DNA of 64,000 nucleotides. Origin: Pseudomonadota bacterium (lineage in GTDB: Bacteria; Pseudomonadota; Alphaproteobacteria; Rhodobacterales; Rhodobacteraceae). Made by a program: the position numbers and the translations under genes. Of the stretch, positions 37,462 through 47,433 are shown piece after piece. Numbering within the stretch: the stretch's first letter is position 1; each line of letters begins with the position of its first letter. The notes beneath the pieces are model-generated. The model made no database searches. It saw only the letters and a program-made list of their open reading frames with translations, and had not been told where the DNA came from. The stretch spans positions 8,594 to 72,593 of the forward strand of contig JBCDAZ010000002.1 of the NCBI GenBank assembly GCA_039184655.1, in the 5' to 3' direction.

Positions 37462-38127
37462 ATGATCCGCTTTGAGAACGTCACCAAGTTCTTTCCGATC
37501 CGCGGCGGTTATCGGCGCATTATCGAGCATCTCAATCTCGACATTCCGCGCGGCCGCAGCGTCGGCCTCTTGGGTCGCAACGGTGCCGGCAAGTCGACCG
37601 TGTTGAAGATGATCGCGGGAACGCTGGATCCCGATGAGGGGCGTATCATCCGCCAGGCCCGTATCTCCTGGCCGCTGGGCTTTGCTGGCGGGTTTCACCC
37701 CAACCTCACGGGTGCGCAGAACGTGCGCTTCGTGGCGCGGATCTACGGTGTCGATACCGATGCGCTGCTTGCCTATGTGGAGGATTTCGCGGAGTTGGGA
37801 AAGTTCCTCTACGAGCCGGTGATCACCTATTCCTCGGGCATGCGGGCGCGTCTGGCCTTTGGGGTGTCGATGGGCGTGGCTTTCGACTTTTATCTCGTCG
37901 ATGAGGTCACCGCGGTCGGCGACGAGGATTTTCGGCGCAAATGCCAAGCCGTGTTCACCCAGCGTCTGACCAAGTCCGACGTCATCATGGTCTCGCATTC
38001 AATGAATATGCTGCGCCAGTACTGCACAGGCGGCATCGTGCTGGAACATGGCAAGGCCATCTATTACGAGGATCTCGAAGAGGCGATCGATTTGCATATG
38101 GCCAATATGACCGGCCAGAATGGGTGA
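37462..38127 (+). CDS. kpsT: Capsule polysaccharide export ABC transporter ATP-binding protein KpsT-like
   Basis: 221 aa. Walker A GRNGAGKST, signature YSSGMRARLAF, Walker B FYLVDEVTAVGD. Size and motifs are typical of KpsT. Confidence 0.9.
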   Translation: MIRFENVTKFFPIRGGYRRIIEHLNLDIPRGRSVGLLGRNGAGKSTVLKMIAGTLDPDEGRIIRQARISWPLGFAGGFHPNLTGAQNVRFVARIYGVDTDALLAYVEDFAELGKFLYEPVITYSSGMRARLAFGVSMGVAFDFYLVDEVTAVGDEDFRRKCQAVFTQRLTKSDVIMVSHSMNMLRQYCTGGIVLEHGKAIYYEDLEEAIDLHMANMTGQNG

Positions 38128-39580
38128 GTGGCTGGAGCGTCTGCGCGGCGGGACGCTGTCGCGGTTTCTCGACCATATCTGGGGCCTCGGCGCTTCGCTG
38201 CCGCCGCCTGGGGCGGATGCGCCTGTTATCAGCCTGATCTGCAAGGCACCGCAAAGGGCGCTTCTCGACAGCCTGGCCGATCAGGCATCCGAACATTTGC
38301 AACTCGTTCCCGAAAACCGCCGCACGGGCGGCTGGACGGCAACGCTGCGCGGGGATGAGCGGCTCGCCCCGCATTCAGCCGCGGTTCTTTCCGCGGCGCT
38401 TGGAGCGCATCCCCATGCAAGCCGCGCCTATACCGACACGCTGTATTTGGATGCGCAGGGCGATCCGCTCCGGCTCGATCTGAAGCCGGCCTACGACCCG
38501 ATCCTGCAGGCCGCGCGTCCTTACGCCCATGCGTTGGCGCTGCACCGGATCGGGGCAGAGCCAGGCGGGCCGGTGCTGCACATTCCCTATCCCGCGTTGA
38601 TCCTGCCCAATTGCAGCGCATCGGATGCTCCAACCCCGCCAAATCCCGCCCTGCGCTCCCACGGCCTTCCAAATCCCTATACGGCAAATCCTGCCAGACC
38701 AGTTCCCGCGGCACGGGGCTTGCCGCGTGTCTCGGTCGTTATCCCCAGCCGGGACGCACCCGGTCTGATCCGTCGGGTTCTTGCGGGGCTCTTCGAGACG
38801 ACCGACTATCCCGATCTGGAGGTCATCGTGTCGGACAATGGCTCCAGCGATCCCGAAACGCTGGCCGAATATGCACGCCGCCATGCCCAAGGCCTGCGTG
38901 TGATCCGCCATGAGGCGCCATTCAACTTTGCCGCTCAGGTCAATCGCGGGGTCGCGGCGGCCAGGGGCGATGCGCTGCTGCTTCTCAACAACGATATCGT
39001 CATCCGCGAGCCGGGCTGGTTGCAGGCCATGGTCGCCTGCCTTGCTCTTGAAACTGTCGGCATCGTTGGGGCGCGGCTTCTCTTTCCCGATGGCAGCCTT
39101 CAGCATGCCGGCGTGATCCTGGGCCTTGGCGGCGGCTATGCCGGGCACTGGTATGCCGGCCGCCCGGCCGAGACCGCCGGACCGCTTGAGCGTCTGCACC
39201 ATACCGGGCGGGTTTCAGCCGTAACGGCAGCCTGCATGCTTGTCAGCCGACATGCCTGGGACGCTCTTGGCGGCATGGACGCCGAGACATTTGGGGTGGC
39301 CTACAACGATGTCGATTTCTGCCTGCGGGCCACGGCATACGGCATCGCCACGGTCTGGACGCCGCAGGCGACCCTGGTTCATCACGAAAGTGCAACCCGT
39401 CGCCTTGTCAGCGCCGCCGACCGGGCCCGGTTTCGGGCCGAAAAAGCGGCCCTGCGCGCCCGTCATGCAACCGACCGGGTTCTCGACCCGGCCTTGTCCC
39501 CCTGGCTGAGCCGCGCGCGAGTCCCGCGCTGGCAGCGGCTCGCCACGCTGCCGGCACCGCAGCTGGGCTGGCAGGGGTGA
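38120..39580 (+). CDS. Glycosyltransferase family 2 protein with an extended N-terminal region
   Basis: GT-A core reads VSVVIPSRDAPGLI...VIVSDNGSSD...LLLNNDI. The start overlaps the kpsT stop. Confidence 0.8.
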   Translation: MGEWLERLRGGTLSRFLDHIWGLGASLPPPGADAPVISLICKAPQRALLDSLADQASEHLQLVPENRRTGGWTATLRGDERLAPHSAAVLSAALGAHPHASRAYTDTLYLDAQGDPLRLDLKPAYDPILQAARPYAHALALHRIGAEPGGPVLHIPYPALILPNCSASDAPTPPNPALRSHGLPNPYTANPARPVPAARGLPRVSVVIPSRDAPGLIRRVLAGLFETTDYPDLEVIVSDNGSSDPETLAEYARRHAQGLRVIRHEAPFNFAAQVNRGVAAARGDALLLLNNDIVIREPGWLQAMVACLALETVGIVGARLLFPDGSLQHAGVILGLGGGYAGHWYAGRPAETAGPLERLHHTGRVSAVTAACMLVSRHAWDALGGMDAETFGVAYNDVDFCLRATAYGIATVWTPQATLVHHESATRRLVSAADRARFRAEKAALRARHATDRVLDPALSPWLSRARVPRWQRLATLPAPQLGWQG

Positions 39581-40596
39581 GCGCGCGGATCTGGCTGCGC
39601 CGGGCCGGCCCCGAGGGGTGGCTGATGCGTCTCTTGACCCGGCCAAGCGCACCGACGGCAGATCTTTACATCGCCAATGCCTGTGCCGATTGGCTGGCCG
39701 ATGGCAAGCTCACGCGGCCAGGTCCGACGGCCTTTACAACCGACAGCACGCTTTTGCTGCTGCGCCACGATGCCCGGCTCGCACCCGGCTTGCGGCGCAA
39801 ACGGCTGGTCTATTTGATCGACGATGCCTGGGAGGCGGGCCCGCGCGATGCAAGCCTGTCACCCTTTTACCGCAGCAAGATCGCACTGGTCGAACGGCGC
39901 GCCGCGCGGTTCTACATGCCGCGCGCCGCTGCGGTGGTCGTCTCCTCGCCGGCGCTGCTTGCGTCCGCCCAGGCGCTGACGGGCGCAAAAGTCCATCTTC
40001 TTGACCCGTATTGGTCCGAGCCTCTGCCGGATCTGGCGCATTTCGCGCACCCCGGCACCGATATCGCCTTTCTGGGCGCGCAGCTGCATGCAGATGACCT
40101 GCGGTTCTTGCTGCCGGTCCTCGCCCGGACGCTCGATACGCATGCCGATGTCACGGTGACCCTTTCGGCCGGCCACGCTCTGCCATCCGAACTCGCCGCC
40201 CACCCGCGGCTGCGGCTTATGGCGGGGCTCTCCTGGCCGGCCTACCGCGCCGCATTGCGCGACCGACGCTTCCACCTCGCGCTTTACCCCTTGCGGGCCA
40301 CGCCCTTCAACGCGGGGCGCTCGCGCAACAAGATCGTCGAACACGCCGTCGTCGGCGCCGCGCCGCTTTATTCCGCTGGCTGGCCGCCCGGCGACGCGGC
40401 TGCAGCAGCCGGCGCAGGCTTGGCATTGCCCGAAAGGCCCGAGATTTGGGCCGCGGCGATTGCGGCGCTGATTGCCGACCGGCCCCGCATGGCGCGGATG
40501 GCGGCGGCGGCGCGCGCGCATGCGAGCCGGATCAACGATCCGGCCGCGCAGCGCCGGCTTTGGGCCGCGCTGCTGGATCTCGGCGCAGCCGCCTGA
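39577..40596 (+). CDS. Hypothetical protein, possibly a GT-B-fold glycosyltransferase-like protein
   Basis: The GTG start overlaps the upstream stop (GTGA). The C-terminal half (RSRNKIVEHAVVGAAPLYS) only loosely resembles a GT1 C-domain. Confidence 0.45.
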   Translation: MSARIWLRRAGPEGWLMRLLTRPSAPTADLYIANACADWLADGKLTRPGPTAFTTDSTLLLLRHDARLAPGLRRKRLVYLIDDAWEAGPRDASLSPFYRSKIALVERRAARFYMPRAAAVVVSSPALLASAQALTGAKVHLLDPYWSEPLPDLAHFAHPGTDIAFLGAQLHADDLRFLLPVLARTLDTHADVTVTLSAGHALPSELAAHPRLRLMAGLSWPAYRAALRDRRFHLALYPLRATPFNAGRSRNKIVEHAVVGAAPLYSAGWPPGDAAAAAGAGLALPERPEIWAAAIAALIADRPRMARMAAAARAHASRINDPAAQRRLWAALLDLGAAA

Positions 40597-40672
40597 CGGT
40601 CCAAAAATCTTCACATAGGCGGCGCAGAAGGGCTAGAGAGGCGCGACTCGGGGCAGGTTCAGGATATACAGA

Positions 40673-41728
40673 ATGAAGATACTGGTCACCGGCGGCGCGG
40701 GCTTCATCGGCTCGGCGGTTGTGCGACGGGCGATTGCGGACGGGTATGAGGTCGTCAATGTCGATGCGCTGACCTATGCCGCAAACCTCGAAAATATCGC
40801 CGCGATTGCCGACAGCCCCGCCTACAGCTTCGAGCAGGCCGATATTCGCGACCGCGCAGCGCTCGACCGGGTCTTTGCTGCGCATCGGCCGCAGGCGGTG
40901 ATGCATCTGGCCGCCGAAAGCCATGTCGATCGCTCTATCGACGGGCCGGACGATTTTATTCAGACCAATATCGTCGGAACCTACCAAATGCTCGAAGCCG
41001 CGCGCGCCTTCTGGACGGGCCTGCGCGGTAAGGATAAGGCACGGTTCCGGTTTCACCACATCTCTACCGATGAGGTTTATGGCACGCTGGGCGCGACAGG
41101 GCAGTTCACCGAGACGACCCCCTATGCGCCCAACTCGCCCTATTCAGCCTCTAAGGCTGGCTCGGATCATCTGGTTCGCGCCTGGGGCGAGACCTTCGGC
41201 CTGCCGGTGCTCCTGACCAATTGCTCCAACAATTACGGGCCCTTCCACTTCCCCGAAAAGCTGATCCCGCTGGTCATTCTAAATGCCCTTGCCGGGCGCG
41301 AGATCCCCGTCTACGGCACGGGCGAGAATGTGCGCGACTGGCTTTTTGTCGAGGATCACGCGCAAGCGCTGCTGGCTGTCGTCGCGCAAGGAAAACCCGG
41401 CGAGACCTACAATATCGGCGGCAATGCCGAGGCCCGGAACATCGACATCGTTAACGCGATCTGCACGCTTCTTGACGAGTTTCGGCCCGATGCGGCCCCA
41501 CATGCGCAGCTGATCCGGTTTGTTACGGACCGTCCGGGCCACGATTTCCGCTATGCCATCGATGCATCGAAGATCCGGCGCGAGCTTGGTTGGCAGCCCA
41601 GCGTGACCCTTGGCGAGGGGTTGCGCCGGACCGTGCGCTGGTATCTCGACAATGCCGCATGGTGGCAGGCGATCGAGGCGCGCGGCAAGACAGCCCAGCG
41701 GCTGGGCCTTGGCGTGGCGGCCGGCTAG
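40673..41728 (+). CDS. rfbB: dTDP-glucose 4,6-dehydratase
   Basis: Reads [47 protein letters not shown] and [12 protein letters not shown]. Confidence 0.95.
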   Translation: MKILVTGGAGFIGSAVVRRAIADGYEVVNVDALTYAANLENIAAIADSPAYSFEQADIRDRAALDRVFAAHRPQAVMHLAAESHVDRSIDGPDDFIQTNIVGTYQMLEAARAFWTGLRGKDKARFRFHHISTDEVYGTLGATGQFTETTPYAPNSPYSASKAGSDHLVRAWGETFGLPVLLTNCSNNYGPFHFPEKLIPLVILNALAGREIPVYGTGENVRDWLFVEDHAQALLAVVAQGKPGETYNIGGNAEARNIDIVNAICTLLDEFRPDAAPHAQLIRFVTDRPGHDFRYAIDASKIRRELGWQPSVTLGEGLRRTVRWYLDNAAWWQAIEARGKTAQRLGLGVAAG

Positions 41729-41800
41729 GGCGCGCCGACGGCCACCGGTGCGCCGACGGCCACGGGCGCAGCCGACGGCCACGGGCGCAGCCGACGCCAT
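41729..41800. repeat. 18/19-bp tandem repeat, ~4 copies (core GCCGACGGCCAC), between rfbB and rfbA
   Basis: The core recurs at spacings of 18, 19 and 19 nt. Confidence 0.85.
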
Positions 41801-41852
41801 CGACGCGCGGGCGCCACCGGCACGCGGTCTTGCGAGGAAGGGAGAGAAGCCG

Positions 41853-42749
41853 ATGACCTATGGCGAGAACAGCACGGGGCGGCGCGGTATCATCCTGGCC
41901 GGCGGCTCCGGGACGCGGCTCTACCCGATCACGCATTCGGTCTCAAAGCAGCTCCTGCCGCTCTTTGACAAGCCGATGGTCTATTACCCGCTGTCGGTGC
42001 TCATGCTGGCCGGCTTGCGCGAGGTGGCGATCATCACCACCCCCCATGACGGCCCGCAGTTCAAGCGGCTTCTGGGCAGCGGCGCGCAATGGGGCATGCG
42101 CTTTGAATACATTCCGCAAAGCACGCCGGACGGGCTGGCCCAGGCCTATCTTTTGGCCGAATCCTTCCTTGACGCCGCCGGTTCGATCATGGTCCTCGGC
42201 GACAACGTCTTTTACGGCCATGGCCTGCCCAGCCTGCTTACCGAAGCCGCTGCGCAGACAACCGGCGGAACGGTCTTTGGCTATCAGGTCGCCGACCCCG
42301 AACGCTACGGCGTTGTGGCATTCGACGATGCGCGCAACGCCGTTTCGATTGAGGAAAAGCCCTCCGCCCCGAAATCCGATTTCGCCGTCACCGGGCTTTA
42401 TGTTCTGGACGGGCGGGCGCCGACCCTTGCGCGCGAAGTGCGACCCTCCGACAGGGGCGAGCTGGAGATCACCGCGCTGCTCAACATCTATCTTCAGGAA
42501 GGCATGCTGACGGTCAAGGAAATGGGCCGCGGCTATGCCTGGCTCGACACAGGCACCCATGACAGCCTGCTTGACGCATCGAATTTCGTTCGAACGATCG
42601 AGCGGCGCCAGAACCTGATTATCGGCTGCCCCGAAGAGATCGCTTATCACCAGGGCTGGATCGATGCCGCCGCGCTGCGCGAACTGGCAAAGCCTTACCT
42701 CAAGACCACTTACGGCAAATACCTGATGCGCGTGGCCGAGCAGGGTTGA
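41853..42749 (+). CDS. rfbA: Glucose-1-phosphate thymidylyltransferase
   Basis: Reads GIILAGGSGTRLYPIT...SKQLLPLFDKPMVYYPLS...LGDNVFYG...AWLDTGTHDSL. Strong GGAAGGGAGAG Shine-Dalgarno sequence upstream. Confidence 0.95.
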   Translation: MTYGENSTGRRGIILAGGSGTRLYPITHSVSKQLLPLFDKPMVYYPLSVLMLAGLREVAIITTPHDGPQFKRLLGSGAQWGMRFEYIPQSTPDGLAQAYLLAESFLDAAGSIMVLGDNVFYGHGLPSLLTEAAAQTTGGTVFGYQVADPERYGVVAFDDARNAVSIEEKPSAPKSDFAVTGLYVLDGRAPTLAREVRPSDRGELEITALLNIYLQEGMLTVKEMGRGYAWLDTGTHDSLLDASNFVRTIERRQNLIIGCPEEIAYHQGWIDAAALRELAKPYLKTTYGKYLMRVAEQG

Positions 42750-42841
42750 TCCCATCCGGCGGGGCGCCTAGGCTCCGCCGAGCGGGACAGTGCGGCGGCC
42801 GCTTTGCTCGCCGCCCAAACGATGCCGAGCCAACCCAGCCG

Positions 42842-44218
42842 ATGAAACGTCTTGCCGCCTTTGTGACGTATTACGCGCGGCAACCGGGCGTGATGCGCCG
42901 GCATCTCGGCGATGCGGCGCGAACGCTCGCCCGACATGGCGTGAAATCGCTGCTGGCCGATATACGTGCGGTTTCGGCGCAAATCGCCGCGGATCGACGC
43001 CTGCAGCGCGTGGCGGCGGCAACACCGAAACCGCAGCTTACCCGCAATCCGGCGTCGGACCCGCGGGAGGGCACCATCGTCATCGTCGTCCATGACATGA
43101 CGCTGGGCGGCGCGCAGCAGGTGGCGCAGAGCTTTGCGGCCTGGCTGGTCCGGCAGAACCGCTTTGCGGTGCGCATCGTTGCCATGCGCGGCGGCCCGTT
43201 CAGGGCGCACTTCCAGGCGGTGGCGCCGGTTTTTTGTATTGCCGATCATGCGCGGCGGGATCCGCAGACCCTGTCAGCCGATCTTGCGCGCTGGGCGGGC
43301 CCTCAGGTCCGCGGTATCCTGGTCAACTCCGTCGCCTCGGGCCGCTTTTTCGACTATTGGAACGGGGCGGAGCCGGCCATCGGCTTTGTGCATGAGATGC
43401 CCAAGATCATCGAGCGCCATCGCGCCGCGCTGACGCTTCTGGCCGGGCGCGCGGACCGCCTGGTTGCCGGCAGTCTTGCTGTCTGCCGGGCGTTGGAGGC
43501 TCACGCCGATCTGCCGCCGCGCGTGCAGCTCTACCCCTTTGTCGATGACGACGCGCCCGCAATATCCCAGGATCGCGCCGGCCGGCAGGCGGCCCGGGCC
43601 GCGCTGGGTGCAAGCGCGGACGAGGTTCTGGTCTGCGGTTGCGGGGTCTTGCACTGGCGCAAGGCGCCCGAGCGCTTCGTCGATGTCGCGCGGCGGGTCT
43701 TGGCGCAGCATGACGGGCCGATCCGGTTCGTCTGGATCGGCGGCGGGCCGGATCTGGACGCCTGCCGAAGGCTGATACGCCGAGAAGGGTTGGACAAGCG
43801 CGTGCGCATCACCGATTATCAGGCCGATGCGACCGGCCTGCTGCGCGCGGCAGACATCTTCCTTCTCCCGTCAGTTGAGGATGCGTTCCCGCTCGTGGCC
43901 ATGCATGCCGCCCTGGCCGCGGCGCCCATTCTTTGCTTTGCGGAGGCAGGCGGTATGCCTGAGCTGGTCGCCCAAGGCTGCGGCACGGTGCTACCCAATG
44001 GCGATGTCGAGGCCATGGCGCAAGCGGTGTGCGCCTATGCCGCCGACCCGTTGCGCCGCCAGCGCGAAGGGGCGGTGGGACGAAAGATCGTCGCGGCCCG
44101 GATGACCGTCTCGCAAATCGGTCCGCATCTGCTCGACGCGCTGCTTGCGCAAAGCGCATCCGCGCCCGCTATGTCTTTGTCGGCGGCGCCAAGGCATGCC
44201 CGCCGCATCGCCGGATGA
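42842..44218 (+). CDS. Glycosyltransferase family 1 (GT4-like)
   Basis: The C-domain motif LLPSVEDAFPLVAMHAALAAAPILCFAEAGGMPELV corresponds to the E-x7-E region of the GT-B fold. Confidence 0.8.
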   Translation: MKRLAAFVTYYARQPGVMRRHLGDAARTLARHGVKSLLADIRAVSAQIAADRRLQRVAAATPKPQLTRNPASDPREGTIVIVVHDMTLGGAQQVAQSFAAWLVRQNRFAVRIVAMRGGPFRAHFQAVAPVFCIADHARRDPQTLSADLARWAGPQVRGILVNSVASGRFFDYWNGAEPAIGFVHEMPKIIERHRAALTLLAGRADRLVAGSLAVCRALEAHADLPPRVQLYPFVDDDAPAISQDRAGRQAARAALGASADEVLVCGCGVLHWRKAPERFVDVARRVLAQHDGPIRFVWIGGGPDLDACRRLIRREGLDKRVRITDYQADATGLLRAADIFLLPSVEDAFPLVAMHAALAAAPILCFAEAGGMPELVAQGCGTVLPNGDVEAMAQAVCAYAADPLRRQREGAVGRKIVAARMTVSQIGPHLLDALLAQSASAPAMSLSAAPRHARRIAG

Positions 44219-45762
44219 GCACGACGGCCTTGCATGCCGCCCTGCGCGCAAAGCCGAACGACGCGGCGCCGGGGGGCGCCCCTGGCCCTGTTAAGGACGT
44301 CACGGGCGTCACGGAGATCACCGACCCTGCCTTCCAGGCGGATCCCGATCCCGACCGCCCGCGGCTTCTTTTAATCGTACATCAGTTTTTCCCGCAGTTT
44401 CACAGCGGCACCGAGACCTTGTGCGAGCGCTGCGCCCGGGCTTACGTGGCGATGGGGTTTGCCGTCGATATCGTAACCTCGGTCATGGTCGACGAGGCCG
44501 CGCTGCCGCCGCTTTTGGCAAGCGATGTGCTGGATGCGCAGACCCGCGCCGTTTTGGAAGCGCCCGAACCGCCGCTGACGCGGCAGATCCGCTATGCCTA
44601 CGCGCCGCATATTGATGTTCATGCCTTCACCCACAGCCACGATCCGCGCCATGGCCGCCCGCGCTTTTTGCGCGAAGTGACCGAGCCGGCGATCGAGGCG
44701 CTGTTTGATCGGCTCTCCGAGGCAAGACGCTATCAGCGCGCGATCGTCTTTCACCTTCTCCATGTACCGCTGAAGGGCCTCGCCGGTCTCGCGGCGCGCG
44801 GCATCCCGATCAGTTTCGTGGCGACAGACTTCTTTGCCGTCTGCCCAATCGGCAGCCAGCAGTTTGAGGATGGCCGGCTTTGCCGCGGCCCCGGGCCGAT
44901 GTCGCTGGCCTGCGTGCGGCATCTTTCGACCGGGCAAGAGGGCTGGCTGGGCTGGGTGCAGCGGATCAACCCGACGCTGGTCTCGGCATTTTATTTATGG
45001 ATCTTTCAGCGTTTGGGTCCTTGGGCGCGTCTGCCGGTACATCCCTGGCAAAACCTCTATTTTTTGGTCGAGCGCAACCGCGCCTCGCGGGCTTTCTTGC
45101 GCACTTGCGACGTTGTGATTGCGCCATCATCGCGGGTGGCCGAGAGCCTTGCGACCGCCGGATTGCAAAAAAACCGTATCCGGCGTTTACCCTATGGCAT
45201 GCCGCCGCCGCGGCAGGCGACGCCGCCGGACCGGCTTGCCCAACCCGGGGTTCGATTGTGCTACGCCGCGCAAATCTCGCCCCGAAAGGGCTTGAACGTG
45301 CTGCTCGATGCGCTCGAACGCTTGCCCGAGAGCCTTGAGTGGCAGCTCGATATCTGGGGCGATGTGGCCCAGGGCGGGCGCTATGCCGCCCAGCAGGCCG
45401 CCCGGATCAACGGTTTTTGCGGCCGGGTCCGACTGTTGGGAACCTTTGCCAGCTACCGCATCCATGCAGTGCTGGGCGGGTATGACTATGTGGTGCTGCC
45501 ATCGACTTGGAGCGAGAATCTGCCGCTTGTTCTGCTGTCGGCCCTGCAGATCGGCCAGCCTGTGATCGTGTCCGATGCGCGCGGATTGCTGGATGCTTTT
45601 CCGGACGGGCGGGTGCATGGCCGGCGCTTCCGAATGGGCGACGCGGCGGATCTGGCCCGTGTGCTGGAAGAGGAGATCCGCGGGCGCCCGGCCTATGATC
45701 CGTCTGACGCGCCCCATATTCCTAGCGTGGAGGAGTTCGCGATCGCGCTTTTGGGCCGGTGA
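44215..45762 (+). CDS. Glycosyltransferase family 1 (GT4-like)
   Basis: ATGA overlap with the previous glycosyltransferase gene. Reads LLIVHQFFPQFHSGTE...VVLPSTWSENLPLVLLSALQIGQPVIVSDARG. Confidence 0.8.
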   Translation: MSTTALHAALRAKPNDAAPGGAPGPVKDVTGVTEITDPAFQADPDPDRPRLLLIVHQFFPQFHSGTETLCERCARAYVAMGFAVDIVTSVMVDEAALPPLLASDVLDAQTRAVLEAPEPPLTRQIRYAYAPHIDVHAFTHSHDPRHGRPRFLREVTEPAIEALFDRLSEARRYQRAIVFHLLHVPLKGLAGLAARGIPISFVATDFFAVCPIGSQQFEDGRLCRGPGPMSLACVRHLSTGQEGWLGWVQRINPTLVSAFYLWIFQRLGPWARLPVHPWQNLYFLVERNRASRAFLRTCDVVIAPSSRVAESLATAGLQKNRIRRLPYGMPPPRQATPPDRLAQPGVRLCYAAQISPRKGLNVLLDALERLPESLEWQLDIWGDVAQGGRYAAQQAARINGFCGRVRLLGTFASYRIHAVLGGYDYVVLPSTWSENLPLVLLSALQIGQPVIVSDARGLLDAFPDGRVHGRRFRMGDAADLARVLEEEIRGRPAYDPSDAPHIPSVEEFAIALLGR

Positions 45763-45809
45763 TCGCGGCCTGGCGCACGCAAACGGCGCGGGTGGGGTCG
45801 GCGCCGGGG

Positions 45810-46046
45810 TCAGAAAGCCCGAAATGTCAGCGTGGTGAGCGAGCGGTCGATGCCAGGGATCAGAGCGACATTGTCATTGATCCATTTGCCGATATCGACG
45901 TCGGCTTCCAGATAGATCTTCATTAAAAGGTCGTACTCGCCGCTTGTCGAGTAAAGCTCCGAGACGATCTCGCGTTGATAGATCGCATCGGCGACCTCAT
46001 AGGTCTTTCCGGGCTGGCAGCGCAGCTGAACGAAGATGCAGTTCAT
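45810..46046 (-). CDS. Stand-alone Lrp/AsnC ligand-binding (RAM) domain protein, 78 aa
   Basis: [45 protein letters not shown]... matches the AsnC_trans_reg pattern, and there is no HTH domain. Confidence 0.7.
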   Translation of the reverse strand: MNCIFVQLRCQPGKTYEVADAIYQREIVSELYSTSGEYDLLMKIYLEADVDIGKWINDNVALIPGIDRSLTTLTFRAF

Positions 46047-46135
46047 CGAAGCCTCCCCAACAGGGCCACGCGGCCGGCAGTTGCAATCTTTCACAAGCCG
46101 CGTATGGCTGGCAATCAGCGAAAGGGCCGTGGCGC

Positions 46136-46894
46136 ATGCTGAAGATCCGCGTAATCCCCTGTCTGGACGTTAAGGAAGGCCGTGTGGTCAAGGGTGTGAA
46201 TTTCGTCGATTTGGTGGATGCCGGCGACCCGGTGGCCGCCGGCCGCGCCTATGATGCGGCCGGGGCGGACGAGCTGTGTTTTCTCGACATCGCCGCCACC
46301 CAGGAAAATCGCGGCACCATGTTTGATGTGGTGCGGCGGACCGCCGAGGCCTGTTTCATGCCTTTGACGGTGGGGGGCGGGGTGCGCAGCACAGAGGATG
46401 TGCGGGCGCTTTTGCTCTGCGGGGCCGACAAGGTCAGCTTCAACTCCGCGGCGGTGGCCGATCCGGGGGTGGTGGCCGCAGCGTCCGAAAAGTTCGGCCG
46501 GCAATGCATCGTGGTGGCGATCGATGCCAAGCGCGACGGGGAGGACTGGAAGATCTTCACCCATGGCGGAACCCGCCCGACCGGCATCGATGCGGTGTCC
46601 TTTGCGCGCGAGATGGTCGCGCGCGGGGCGGGAGAAATCCTGCTGACCAGCATGGATCGGGACGGCACCAGGGCGGGTTTCGATTTGGAACTGACCCGAA
46701 AGATTGCCGATGCGGTGCCGATCCCGGTGATTGCCTCCGGCGGGGTCGGAACGCTCGATCACCTGGTCGATGGAGTGCGCGAGGGCCATGCCGCGGCGGT
46801 GCTGGCCGCCTCGATCTTTCATTTCGGCGACCATTCGATTGCCGAAGCCAAGGCGCATATGAAGGCGGCTGGCATTCCGGTGCGGTTGGGTTGA
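46136..46894 (+). CDS. hisF: Imidazole glycerol phosphate synthase cyclase subunit
   Basis: Reads [23 protein letters not shown]...DELCFLDI...GGGVRS...ASGGVG. Confidence 0.95.
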   Translation: MLKIRVIPCLDVKEGRVVKGVNFVDLVDAGDPVAAGRAYDAAGADELCFLDIAATQENRGTMFDVVRRTAEACFMPLTVGGGVRSTEDVRALLLCGADKVSFNSAAVADPGVVAAASEKFGRQCIVVAIDAKRDGEDWKIFTHGGTRPTGIDAVSFAREMVARGAGEILLTSMDRDGTRAGFDLELTRKIADAVPIPVIASGGVGTLDHLVDGVREGHAAAVLAASIFHFGDHSIAEAKAHMKAAGIPVRLG

Positions 46895-47024
46895 TGGGCC
46901 GAGTGCAGGCGGCGGGTTTGGCGCCAAAGGTGGAGGCGTCCCTTGGGGGCATCGAGCCCCCGCGGGCCGCTTGGGCGCGTCGCGGCGTCGGGTGTGCTGC
47001 GGGCCGGATCCGGGGCGCAAAGCG

Positions 47025-47336
47025 GTGACGGTGCTGGAGCGGCTGGCCCGGACCATCGAGGCGCGGCGCGACGCGGATCCTGAAAGCTCGCACACGGCCG
47101 GGCTGCTGGCACGCGGACCGCTGAAATGCGCCGAGAAATTCGGCGAGGAAGCGGTGGAGGCGATCATTGCCGCGGCGGCCGATAACCGCGCCGGGCTGAC
47201 GGCGGAAGCCGCGGATGTGCTTTACCACCTGCTGGTCATGCTCGCTGCCCGGGATCTGACGCTGGACGATGTTCTGGCCGAGCTCGAACGCCGCGAAGGT
47301 GTATCGGGCGTTGCGGAAAAAGCCGCGCGGTCGTAG
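47025..47336 (+). CDS. hisE: Phosphoribosyl-ATP pyrophosphatase
   Basis: Reads LERLARTIEARRDADPESSHTAGLL...EEAVE...EAADVLYHLLVMLA. GTG start (47025 or 47031). Confidence 0.85.
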   Translation: MTVLERLARTIEARRDADPESSHTAGLLARGPLKCAEKFGEEAVEAIIAAAADNRAGLTAEAADVLYHLLVMLAARDLTLDDVLAELERREGVSGVAEKAARS

Positions 47337-47433
47337 CGGCGACGTCAGGGATGGCGGCGCCGGCGATCGCGGGCTCGACCATGGGCAAACACCCTGGGCA
47401 AAGACCCGGACCCTTCCGCGTGGACATAAAGCG

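Noticed and set aside
14744-45762. The capsule/PKS region as a horizontally acquired genomic island or mobile element.
   Set aside because: I found no integrase, transposase, flanking tRNA or direct repeats, and by eye the composition is the same as the housekeeping flanks.
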